Below are positions 22,143 through 33,960 of a DNA stretch of 64,000 nucleotides, one piece after another. The stretch is from Eledone cirrhosa. Taxonomy: Eukaryota. The stretch spans positions 262,942,001-263,006,000 of the forward strand of contig OZ024742.1 in assembly GCA_964016885.1 (NCBI GenBank), read 5' to 3'. Each line of letters begins with the position of its first letter. The stretch's first letter is position 1. The position numbers and the translations under genes are program-made. The notes beneath the pieces are model-generated. The model saw nothing but the letters and a program-made list of their open reading frames with translations. It did no database searches and was not told where the DNA came from.

Positions 22143-23221
22143 GTAGGTAGGAACTCCATTCTCTGCCCCAAATGCAAACAATGGGTACACAAGAGATGTA
22201 GCGGGATCTCAGGAAGCTTAATTAAGAATGTAGGCTTCACATGCAGCAGCTGTGCTGGGACAGCAAGCAGTAAACAGCCACAGGAAACAAGTACCACCAA
22301 TCACTGGGAGGGCTCTGTAGAAACAGTAGACAGCTTCTGCTACCTAGGTGACCGAATTAGCAGCGGAGGTGGGTGTTCAGAAAGTACAATAACTAGGGTA
22401 AGAACGGGATGGAAGAAGTTTAGGGAACTACTACCACTGCTAGCTGTAAAAGGCTTCTCCCTCAGAATGAAAGGCAAACTGTATGATGCGTGTATCCAAA
22501 CAGCAATGTTGCATGCTAGTGAGACCTGGGCGCTGAAGGTGGAAGACTTACGTAGATTAGAGAGAAATGAAGCCTGCATGCTCCGATGGATGTGTAACAG
22601 TAATATACGTGAACGACAAAGCATAAATGAATTGAGAGAGAGACTGAGCATAAGAGGAATCAAATGCTGTGTGCAGGAGAGGCGGTTGCGCTGGTATGGA
22701 CATGTGATGCGTATGAAGGATGACAGCTGCATAAAAAGGTGCAGAGCACTAGAAGTTGATGGAAACCGCGGAGTAGGGAGACCCAAGATGACCTGGGATG
22801 AGGTGATAAAAGTCGACCTTACCCAATTACACCTCTCAAATTTAATGACACACGATCGTGACCTCTGGCGTCATGCAGTAATACAGAGTACCTGACCTCC
22901 CATGGGTACAAGCTGAAGCATATAGACAATATGCCGCCACACCCCCCACCGCAAGGTGGTCGTGGAGGTGCCACGGCAAAAAAGCACGCAGCCCACACTG
23001 TAAAGTGGACATGTAGGCGCCACGAAAAAGCACCCAGCACTCACTGTAAATGAGGTTGGTGTTAGGAAGGGTATCCAGTCGTAGAAATCAAGCCAAATCA
23101 GTTCCTGTATGAGCAAGGCATGGTCAGCAGACCAGACACTGCCCACAACAGGACAACCCGTCTAACCCATGCTAGCGTGGAAGAACAGACGTAAAATGGT
23201 GATGATGATGATGATGATGAT
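22143..23221 (+). mobile_element. RTE-clade LINE (family B) 3' fragment
   Basis: FCYLG, ETWAL, RRLRWYGHV, GRPK; own 3' UTR and (GAT)n tail. Confidence 0.88.
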
Positions 23222-23228
23222 ATATATG

Positions 23229-23283
<55 letters not shown>

Positions 23284-23295
23284 ATATATATATAT

Positions 23296-23399
23296 CAGTC
23301 CTATGCGAGCAAGACAACCACTCTTGCCTCAAGTGGGAAAACTCCCGTCCAAACCCATGCAAGCGTGGAACATGGACGTTAAACGATGATGATGATGAT
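23296..23399 (+). mobile_element. RTE family A extreme 3' end
   Basis: Matches 585-690. Confidence 0.8.
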
Positions 23400-23675
23400 A
23401 TATGATATATATATATATGTATGTGTATATATATATATATATATATGTATATATCTATATCTAAAATTAAGATAAATCAAATGAATTTAATCTAAATCAA
23501 AATTATGGGTGTCATGCCAGAAAGACATGCGCCATATCACCCGCAAAATAAGCTCTAAGATTCTAACGAGTAGGTTTAGTTACCTACTTAGCTATGTGTG
23601 GTTACACACTTGTAAAAATTGTCTTGTGTGATTATTCATGTTTATTTATATGTTAATCAATTTCTAGTTATTATG

Positions 23676-23720
<45 letters not shown>

Positions 23721-23858
23721 ATATATATATGTGTGTGTGTGTGTATGTATATATATATATGCGTGTATATTTGTATACATGTGTATATATATATGTATAT
23801 ATATATATGTGTGTATATGTGTATATATGTGTGTATATATATATATATGTATATATAT

Positions 23859-24450
23859 TATGTCAGGTCACCAGTTGGTGCTACTGGTAACATGTATCCC
23901 GGTACAAACTGTCCCATGGTCGGGTCGTTGGCGACTAAACTGTCAACCCCACCAAGGTTTCTTGGTGAGGAGGCTGACTGGACATCCTGCAGGACTAAAA
24001 ACAAAACCTGTCAAAGGGCAAAGGAGCTCTTAAGAGTCAATGGCCATCCAAAATCACCGGGAGAGATGACTCCTTAGCCTTTGTCAAGGCAGAATTCTAG
24101 GAGAAGGAAAACTCTGATATAACACCTGCAACTCTGATGGTATCCAATGATGTTGACTTGTTCTTCTTTTTGGTAAATATCATCTTGGTTAAGAGAGTGG
24201 GACTGGCTTTGTGCAGTGCTTCACGGCACAGGCATTACTTTATATCTGGAGATCTCTCTGCACTTGTCGTCACATGGTAGCATGGGCCCAGCACTATGTG
24301 TCAATAATTGTCACAGGTGTAGTGTTTGTACCAGAGTTTTCAAGTCGCTGGCTGGACTAAAAAGTCACACTCGTTCAGCGTATCGGTAGGGGTTCTCCTA
24401 CGTGGATATAAAGTAGTGGCCATACTGGAAAACGAGTTGGCAGCCACCAT
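23859..24450 (+). mobile_element. Non-coding, probably RTE-mobilised repeat (SINE-like)
   Basis: 5' part recurs at 25625-25822 and 3' part recurs inverted at 5357-5773; RTE-like CTAGGAGAAGGAAAACTCTG motif. Confidence 0.6.
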
Positions 24451-24799
24451 GTATATATATATATATATATATGTGTGTATATGCGTATATATGTGTGACC
24501 ATCTCCACTGAAAGTTTTCGTGAAATAGTCTTTTCAAGACTATACAGAGCATTTGAAGTTGTCCCAAATTGAAGGTTGAGTACTTTAGACTTTGTTTTAT
24601 CATGAGTTAAGGCTCTATTGATTTTTCCCTGGATTTCTCTAAATTCTGTTGGATAAATCTATATCCTGATTCCTTTTGAATCGAGTCTGAATTATTTTTC
24701 CCATATCTTATGTTAACTATTTTCCCATTTTGACGCTATAGTCGCATATATGTTATGGAATACTGTTAGCTTCTCGCTACAACAATTTCTATACTTTTC

Positions 24800-24858
<59 letters not shown>

Positions 24859-24926
24859 AGTGTATATATATTCGTTTATGTATGTATTTATATATGTATA
24901 TATATATATGTATGTATATATATATG

Positions 24927-24977
<51 letters not shown>

Positions 24978-25875
24978 GTATATATATATGTTTATGTATG
25001 TATATATATATGTATATATATGTGTGTGTGTCTGTGTGTGTGACTGTCTGTCGACACCTGGAATATAGCTTAAGAGAAATTTGAAGATAATGATATGATA
25101 GGCACCCAATATTTTGAACTGGTTTATAGAATTCTCTTGGCCTTTGTCACTCTAAGTAGAACTTTAAAGAATTTCCCTTTTCTTTAAATCCATCAACCAT
25201 GACTGACCCCCAATGATCTTATAGACACCTGAAATATAGGCATTGTTAGCTTAAGAGAAACTTAAAAATAAGGAGTGGCACCCCATTCTAACTTGTTTAT
25301 AGAATTCTTTCTGCCTTTGTCACTCTAAATATAAATTATAGCCTTAAAGAATTAGCTTTTAATGAATTCCATTTTCTTTCAACCAATGACCTCTACCCAT
25401 CCCACTCCCCACCCTCTCCTACCACCTAAAATGATATAAATACCACAACATTTATTTTTGGAAAGCCAGATTGCGGAAGATTTCTAAAGAATGAAATAGT
25501 TCTAGTCCTGTAGAATCTCATCTATATTAAAACTTTTAGACTCTGCTATGTATTAAATACCTTACTTACTGTGGTTACCTCCAATTCAACCCGGAATAAC
25601 GTATATATATATATATATATATATTATGTCAGGTCACTCTTGAGTGCTACTGGTAACATGTAAACCAGTACAACCTGTCGCATAGTCGGGTAGTCGGCAA
25701 CTAAACCGGCAACCCCACCAAGTTTACTTGGTGAGGAGGGTGATTTCGGACACCATGCAGGACAAAAAACAAAACATGACAATGGGAGGAAGAACTGATA
25801 AGAGTCAACGGCCATCCAAAAATGTGTAAATATGTATATACCCATATGTATGTTTATGTATATGTGTGTGTATAT

Positions 25876-26590
25876 GCCTGGGTGTCAGGGAGGGGCATGT
25901 ACCTCTGTAGGGTGGGCTGGCCATGCCCTTTTCAGGACAGTTCGTCCTGCATTGGGTCCCACCTGACACTCAGCTCTCACCTGTGGCCCCAAGAAGCTGT
26001 AGTATGCGACAGCGGCCACCCCTCGGTAAACCACTTTGGCTGGCGGGCCGAACCAGGTTGAGGGTAGCCGGGCGGGTCTGAAACCCTCCGGTGAGTTAGA
26101 TAGGGGATGCCTGCCCCTGCATGTGAAGACTGGACCCGGCGGAGTGAGTGGAGGAGGACAACATCGTCCCAACGGTCACGAAGGTGGTTACAGCAAGCGG
26201 TGTGGAGCGCTAGGGTACGGCAAGGCACTACAGACGTTGTGGCCATCCACTGCATCCAAGGAAGTCCCTGGTCGTGACGGTCCTCCGTACCACTGGATTC
26301 TGGCTTCTGCGGCCAAGTGAGTGGGACCGTACTGTGCACTGGCCCTCCCACTATAAACCTTTCCTGCACAGGTTTCTTCTTTAGCATGCACTCCCAAAGC
26401 CCTGTGGCGAGAGGCAGAGCTAACAGGTGGCATCAGCAGCTGCCCCAAGCGATTCTGGTCTCTTCCCTTGCCCCCACTGTCCCCGGACCTGCAAGTCAAG
26501 GATTGGCCTCTACAGCCACCTTCACGCCTATGGCAGACGGGAACAACAATGAAGAAGATGTCATCATCATTTACGATGGACAACCAAGAT
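25876..26590 (+). mobile_element. GC-rich non-autonomous RTE-BovB-like element (5' UTR joined to a short 3' end)
   Basis: GC-rich island between microsatellites; CATCCACTGCATCCAAGGAAG and terminal GTCATCATCATTTACGATGGAC resemble RTE-BovB UTRs (recalled, not searched). Confidence 0.5.
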
Positions 26591-27019
26591 ATATATATAT
26601 ACATACACATTCATACATACGTATGTAAACACATACATATATATTCCTGATGATTTCAAACAATGAAACAGTTCTATTCCTGCAGAATTCATTAATAGAT
26701 TATATGAATATATACCTTCTCTACTAATACATTGAGTACCTTATTTAACTGTGGTCCCCTTCTGTCCTCTATATGTACATAAATGTATGCGAAATGTAAA
26801 TGAAAAACAACACAGCAAATGACACAGTACAATGAGGACATATATTAAACACTTGATATAGTAAGAAAAGAGTCTTAATGTTTCAGAAAGTTAGTTATTC
26901 ATCAGAAGATAAGAATGAGGAGAGTGAGAAAATGTATGTGTGTTTTCAGTCAGCTATTACATATACACACACATATATGTAAGGTGGAAAATTGTCAAGT
27001 TGTTAGATTGTCAGATAGA

Positions 27020-27140
27020 ATATTTTGTGGTATTTGTTTCGGCCCTCTGTGATCTGAATTCAAATCCTGCTGAGGTCAACTTTGCCTTTTATCCTTTCAA
27101 GGGTTGACAAATAAAATATCAGTAGCATTGGAGTCGATTA
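27020..27140 (+). mobile_element. Octopus-type tRNA-derived SINE (other decayed copies near 29095-29250, 34010-34090, 35225-35365, 57640-57950, 58040-58170, 60640-60720)
   Basis: Recurrent TTCAAATCC..GAGGTCAACTTTGCCTTT..CCTTTC..AATAAAGTACCAGT core on both strands. Confidence 0.7.
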
Positions 27141-27340
27141 TTCCTCTATTTCTTTCTCTCTCTCTCTGGCAGAAATTGGCTGAAATCAGACCTGGAAAGA
27201 GATGGGCACCACTAGGTTTAAATGACTATGTATGTCATGATGTCACTCCTATATCTCCATGGAGATTAGGGCTCATGGATGGAGGTATGAATACATAGAT
27301 CAACATATATGTATATACATATATGTGTACACACATACAT

Positions 27341-27553
27341 TTAACCCTTTAGCTTTTATATTTACTATTGAATTTTCACAGTAAAGGCTTTATCTTACAT
27401 AATTATCTCACATAATATCAAATGTACAAGATTTTGATGTTATTTTAAGAACAATACTTTATGTAGGTATATGTGGCCACTTACAGCGAGTTTGAATAGA
27501 GAGAGGTGAGAGAGTTCTGGCCAGATATGGCTGGTTAAATGCTAAAGGATTAA
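27341..27553. mobile_element. piggyBac-type MITE, decayed
   Basis: TTAACCCTTTAGC ... GCTAAAGGATTAA. Confidence 0.7.
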
Positions 27554-27719
27554 ATATTAGATTCTAATCCAGCATTCTAATATGATAGTCATTATGGCTC
27601 TGCTTTTACCAAACAAATATCCTATGCATTATGATTTGTCAATGAACTGTTTTGATATCAACCATTTTTTTTACTAAACTACGATTGAGTCTAAACTACG
27701 ATAGAAATAAAAAATGTAC

Positions 27720-27929
27720 CTCTCCATTGACCGATATGAGTTGGTCACCACGTTTAAGGCCACCTTCTCTTGCTGCCACACCATCTGGAATAATTCGAGA
27801 TATGTATATTGGAGAATTCTGCTCCTTTCCTCCCATCACATTGAAACCAAGTCCATCTTCAGTTTTAGGCAATTCTACAACACGAGGATGCGCATGTCCC
27901 TCACTGGCAGCAAATGCAGCTACAGTTGC
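27720..27929 (-). CDS. LIN7: LIN7 exon, PDZ domain (210 nt)
   Basis: [70 protein letters not shown]; ttgcag/gtacat borders, phase 0. Confidence 0.95.
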
Positions 27930-28135
27930 CTGCAATTAACAAACAATTGGAAAAATCTTTAAAAAGAGGGAGAACGGTTCAGTATGTTTTTCTACTACAT
28001 ACAAACTCATTTCCACTGAACCACACAATAACCACTACACACACACAGAATTACTACTACTATACATATACAGTTAGCCATCAAGATACAATGAGCACCT
28101 ACCAAAGAGACAACTGAGATGACATTTACACTCAC

Positions 28136-28284
28136 CTTTGCTGTAGCATTGGCGCGGGCTTCACGAGTGCCAGCAATATCAACTGTTTCGTACACGTGTT
28201 CATACACCTCCCGTACAGTCTGTAGAAAGTCACTTTGTAAGACCTTCAAAAGGGCACTCATGTTGGGTGTAGCAATTTCACCCT
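28136..28284 (-). CDS. LIN7: LIN7 exon, L27 domain (149 nt)
   Basis: [49 protein letters not shown]; ttgcag/gtgagt borders. Confidence 0.95.
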
Positions 28285-28564
28285 CTGCAAAACAATAGAC
28301 ACATGCAAAGTGTTTATATATCATCATCACAAACATTTTATCAACTGTTGGTATGGGTAAGATGGCTGCAGCCTGATGATATTCATTGCCTCCATACCAG
28401 TGAATAATATAAGTTTAGTTATGGTTCTGAAAGGCGTGATTAGTTTATTTTTTTACTTTGTCTAGTGTAGTATTTATTTGGTACCTTAGGTTGGGCTTAA
28501 GTGTATGGACAGTATTTGTTTGGTTCATGATAGCATTGGTTTGGAGTCATTTTGTTCACGTTTA

Positions 28565-28925
28565 TAATAGATCATGTTCTGATGGATGTGTAGTAGTAGT
28601 AGTAATATGCATAAATGGTAAAGCATAAATGAAATGAGAGAGAAACAGAGCATAAGAGGGATCAGATGCAGTGTGCAGGAAGGAGATTGCAATGGTATAG
28701 ACATGTGATGTGTAGGAAGGATGACAGCTGTATAAAAAGGTGCAGAGTGCTCAAAGTTGATGGAAGCTATGGAAGAGGAAGACCTAGGAAGGCTTGGGAT
28801 GAGGTGATAAAAGCTGACCTCAGACAATTGTACCTCTCAAAGGCGATGACACAGGATTGAGATCTCTGGTGTTATGCAGTACTGCAGAAGACCCATCTTC
28901 CTATGTGCATGGATTGAAGCAAACA
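28565..28925 (+). mobile_element. Decayed RTE 3' fragment
   Basis: RRLQWYRHV..GRGRPRKAWDEVIK. Confidence 0.75.
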
Positions 28926-30369
28926 TCTTATGGTCTCTAGTATGCACCACTTCTCCCTCTCCCCTTTCCATATATATCCAGTGTCCTAACACTCCACCCT
29001 TCACTAACTAAGTGTCCCACTCTAGACCTACATCTGATTTCTTCCAGAGAGGGAGAGGGAGAGTGATAGAGAGGAAGTGGGAAAGATATAGAGGGAGAAT
29101 TGACCCAGTACTTATTTTATCAACCTCAAAAGAATGAAAGGCAAAGTTGACTTTTGTGGTATTTGAACTCAGAGAATAGAGAGCCAAAACAAATGCTGCA
29201 AATCATTCCATTCAACATTCTAGCAATTCTGCCAATTCACTACCAATTAATCCGCTTGATATTTTAGGCATATATGATTTGTATAAAGATTTTTTTTTTT
29301 TCGGAAGGTGTCAAAACATTTTGTTATCTTGGAGGGATGTTGAATGAAAAGGATGAATCAGGCTCCACAACATGAGATGTGCATGGGTAAAATTCTGATA
29401 ACTAAGTTTCCAGCTAATGAGGAGGAGAGTGTCATTGAATGTATGTTGCATATGTGAGAAATTCCATGATTTATTAGAGCAAGACATGGATGATGAACGT
29501 GGAGCAACCTAGAAGGGTGGAAGGAATGGAAATAAGATCAGTTTGGTGAATGAGAGGGGAATAGCTGAAAGAGAGGAAGAACAAACAATGAATTGCAGAA
29601 TGTTGTGAAGAGAAATGGAATGAGATGGTTGGGTCATGTGTTGAGGAAGGATGAAAGTGAATGAGTGAGAGGAGTGGTGAAAATGAATGTGGAAGGAAGT
29701 AGAGGATGGAGAAAAACAAGAAATACACAGCTAAAGATGATGGAGGAAGAAATGAAAGCCAGGAATTTGGTAAGGGGATAGGCAGACAATAGAGAAAAAT
29801 GGAGTAGCTTGACATGGGTCCCATAAAGCTAACATTTGCTTTAGCAGGGAAGATGGCCTTAAAGCACTTGTTATCTCCATGATAATATGGATCAGCTAAT
29901 TGTTTTAATAGGATCAACCATTTATTCAGTTGGGGTGGGGTGAGGGGCTTCCTACTTCTGAACATTTAACTATGAAGTAAAAGTGAAATTTGAGGCCAGT
30001 AATGTTGTGTCTTGTCTAAGCAAATAACTCTGCAGGCATTAAGTTTAAATTACAAACAGGAAGATTGGAGACATTTTATACACTTAAATAACTGAAAGAA
30101 ATTTTCATAATTAAATTAATTACCTTTTTATAAATGAGACATATTAAAAATTTCCTTTAAATTATGAGTTTTTTTAAAAATTTTGTTGACTAAATATAAG
30201 GATTACCACCAATTTTTTAAAACTATATCATAACAAATATATAAGATTAAATAGAATTACATACATATAATCAATTAATTATTGCTAGGAACATTTTAAC
30301 TGTGGAAACTAAACAAAAGCAAGAACATCCTGCTATCCCCTATATATCATCAAAAGCTGAAATCCAGAT

Positions 30370-31990
30370 ACAAACTTATCCTTAAGTGCTCATAGTTTGT
30401 GTAACAAGATTCATCTTTTTGATTCTTATATAAAAAATATTGACCTGATTTCATTACAGTCATGGAAACATGGGTGCATTCTTTACTCTGTGATGGTGTT
30501 TTTAATATAGCTGGTTACAACTTGTTTTGCAAAGACTGCATTAATCATCATGGTGGTGGTGGTGTAATGGTCTACATTTGTTCAAACTTTTCAGCAATTC
30601 CTTGCAATGATTTGAACCAATCACAAGAAGTATTTTTCTGCGATATACATATGACCATGTCAACACTTCTACTTGGAGCTATTTAGTCCACACCCCACCC
30701 CTCCCTTCCCAAATTACCATCAAGATACAGCTTTTTCATATCCTCAGAGCTGCTGCCAAGAAAACAGCGACTTACATTTTCATTGCAGGTGACTTCAATT
30801 ACCCTGAGAATGATTGGAAAACCTTTTGTTGGCTGCAAAGTGAAAATGATTTCCTTGAACAAGTGCTGGACTCAAACTGGTCCCAAGCAGTCACCTCCCC
30901 AACAAGAGGTAACAACACTTTGGATCTGCTGTTTACCACTACTCCTGAAACGATTATTAGTGTCACTACTGAGGAACCTTTAGATGACTGACCATGCTAT
31001 GATCATTGCCAATCTGTCTTTTATGGGCAGGTTCAAAAACCACAACCATCTCCAAGCTGCTTGCTTTGACTGGAATAAAGCAGACTAGAATTCTTACTGC
31101 ACTGAGCTACAAAGCCCAATGTGGCTTGAATTTTATGACTCTGGAGATGTGAATACTATACTTCAGAACATCCTGAATTCAATATAGACAGCATGTGCAG
31201 CACCAGTACCACATAAGCAGAGAAAACATTCCAAAAGTGCAATTTGGGAGACTGCAGCAGTCTGACTTGCCAAGAAAGAACGTTGTGATGCTGAATGGGA
31301 ATACAGATTATATAGATCAGAGGTTAATAGAAAAAAGCGCAATAGCTCATCTAACCACCTGAGGCAGGTGACAAAAAAGCTAGTGCTTGAATTTGAACAG
31401 CGCATAGCAACCAACCCCGACAACAAAGTGCTCTGGAAATATGTACATTCAAAGCAGAGACCTCACTCTCCAGTTGGTCCTCTTTGCAATCCCCACACAA
31501 GCCAGATTACTGATGATCCAAAAGAATGTGCAAAACTTATTGCTGAATACTATGTTGGCATTTTTACTGTTGAAAATCAAAATGTACCATCTCCACCACC
31601 TCTGACATCAAATTCTATAACAGCTATGGAATTTACACCTGCAATGCCACCTTAAGAATAAGTGCAACTATGCCTCTCCTGGTCTTGATGGTATTACATA
31701 CCTGCTTCTCAAACATTATGGGTACTTTCTTCTGCACCAGTTTTCACTCTTCACCCAATTTTGCCTTAACAATGGTGTTACCCCAGAGCAGTGGAAAACT
31801 GCCAATGTCATTCCTCTCTTCAAAAAAGGTAATTGCACATCGTCTGTCAACTATCATCCAGTCAGTCATATTAGCTGCATCACCAAACTGATGGGGTCCT
31901 GTGTCAGAGAAACACTCTGGAACTTCTGGGACTCTCACAGCCTTATCCGGCCCTCGCAATTTAGATTTATCCCTAATTCCAACTGTCAGG
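30370..31990 (+). pseudogene. Decayed CR1/L2-type LINE ORF2 (APE endonuclease to RT start)
   Basis: Frameshifted motifs ETW, GGGVMVY, GDFNYP, PTRGNNTLDLLFT, DH, WKTANVIPLFKKG. Confidence 0.75.
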
Positions 31991-32824
31991 TGAAGTGACA
32001 CGCATTCATGCAGCAAGACAAACCATGGAGACTTGTGGAGTTAAGGGGCCTACCACAGTGACATCACAGGACACCACCACCACCGCCACCACCAGATATC
32101 AGCTACCATTCTGAGTGCAATGGAGATGCAGAGCTCATCCAAACAGAGAAAACCACCAATGTTAATCACAGGCAGGGCATCAACTCAGTCCCCCAAGAAT
32201 TCTGCCCTTGCAGAAAGTAGGCGACATCATGAAAATTGATCAGATTGATCAAAGGGAGAGTTGAAGGTATCTCTCGAATGCAGATTCAGTCTATCCTCAT
32301 CAGTATCAGGAACTGACAAACGTCTAAACCCATGCTAAGATAGACGTTAAACGATGATGATAGCTCTCTCCACTGTAGTAGAGCAACATCCATATCCCTG
32401 TTGGAACTAGAAACAACTTCTACAAGACTAGAACTATTTCCTTCATTTGAAAGTCATTTCAAACAAATTAAACAGTTCTAGTCCTGAAGAAGTCATTTCT
32501 ATATGAAATAAATTTGTACATTCTCTACTAATCCATTGACTAAAGCAATAGTCTTCTGAACAGCCAAAAGGCTTTGAAATGCATCAAGGCAATATCTGAT
32601 GCTTTCAGTGTATAATGGGAATAATAAAACTATGTTTACAAGTCTATATTTTTACAGTGAAGCTTATAATTTATTCTAATTTCAGTACCAACTCTGGTAA
32701 GAAAGAAACCAGATGGATCAAATGCAACTGTCAGCTGTAATGGAACCCAGTTTCTGTGATTTTAAATTTTACACTACTAGCAAGAAGGTTAAATAGATTG
32801 AGTAAAGAAGAAAAGAGAACTCAC

Positions 32825-32866
32825 TCATCTGAAGGGTTTCCAGTAATTCAATTGCCCGGTTAACAT
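32825..32866 (-). CDS. LIN7: LIN7 small exon, start of L27 domain (42 nt, absent from the ORF track)
   Basis: tttcag|(D)VNRAIELLETLQM(K)|gtgagt; phases fit the next exon; resembles DICRAIELLEKLQ of vertebrate LIN7. Confidence 0.9.
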   Translation of the reverse strand: MLTGQLNYWKPFR

Positions 32867-33329
32867 CTGAAATAGGAAGCAGATAAAACATTAAATCTGA
32901 TGGAAATTATGGAAGATCAAAAAATACTAATTCTTTAAATTTAAGTATTATTTGAATTCAGAATGTAAAACAATTTTTAAAAGTTTAGTTTAAAGTATTG
33001 CAAGAAATGAGATTTGAAATTACAGTCTACAAGAAAGCAGAACAGGAAAGAAATAATTTGTATCACAGGTCACAAATTTGGTGAAGCAAATATAGTCATC
33101 TGACTGGTACAGAGAGAGTATTAAGAGGAAACAAGAAAGGTAGTTTCCTTCTACAATGTTTTGATTGAATAGTAGTGTATATGTCATCAGAAAAAATGAT
33201 ATGGTCTAGAGAGTGTGTCCGTGAAATATATACACATACACAAGGTCTGAACACAAAAGAATCAATCTCCCACTGCCACTACATTCATCTCTCCCGCTCT
33301 CCCCATCTCTCACTATTATAAGCAAATGG

Positions 33330-33960
33330 GGGCCCAAGCGCTGGCCACCCAATGGCCCTGGCATAGTCAACTCATGGCCAATAGTGGTGTATAGGGAGGC
33401 GGCCCTAGGGCCAAAGACACCAGAAGTCTCCACTGCCACGGGCTTGACCAACAAACCTGTTGGAGAGCGACCGATATTTGGAGAGTTAACCCTCCTCAGT
33501 GCATCAGAAACTGGGTTAGTTGCAGACTGCACCAGGTTGCTGCTAGAGAATGTGTCGCTGCATGTGGCATCCCAGATGAGGGGTTTACCACCACGGAATG
33601 GGAAGATGGTTATGCCCTCTGGCCTTTTGCTGTCCCCTCGCTCCAGCCCTACTGGCTCGAGCTGGGAGAGGAAGCCTGCAGCATCCAAGCCATGCTTGAT
33701 GACTTTGTTGAGAGAAACATGGCGTGGAAGGTGGGCGGCACTGTAGTGGCAGGACAGTGGGTGGAAGCTGAAAGAGTCTACAGTGGATCCACAATGACAT
33801 TTGTGTGCCTCACAGATCTGGAGGCCAAGCCTCAGAGAAACCCCAATTCATTATCCAGCTATGTGCCAGTTGAAAAGGAAGATAAGGCATTGAGCCAGGC
33901 ATTACTGTAGGTTTGTGAGGCAGTGCTGGTTGAGGCCATGTTGCAGTGGATGGCATCTCA
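33330..33960 (-). pseudogene. Decayed CRE-like non-LTR element, restriction-like endonuclease end
   Basis: RHVSLNKVIK, LEPVGLERGDSKRPEG..LIWDATCSDT, PVAVETSGVFGP. Confidence 0.7.

Noticed and set aside
23553-23590. CUAACGA plus GUAGG/CCUAC hairpin
   Set aside because: Core mismatch and no GAAA
28373-28415. CUGAUGA followed by a hairpin in a LIN7 intron
   Set aside because: No GAAA or stem III after the hairpin, so not a hammerhead
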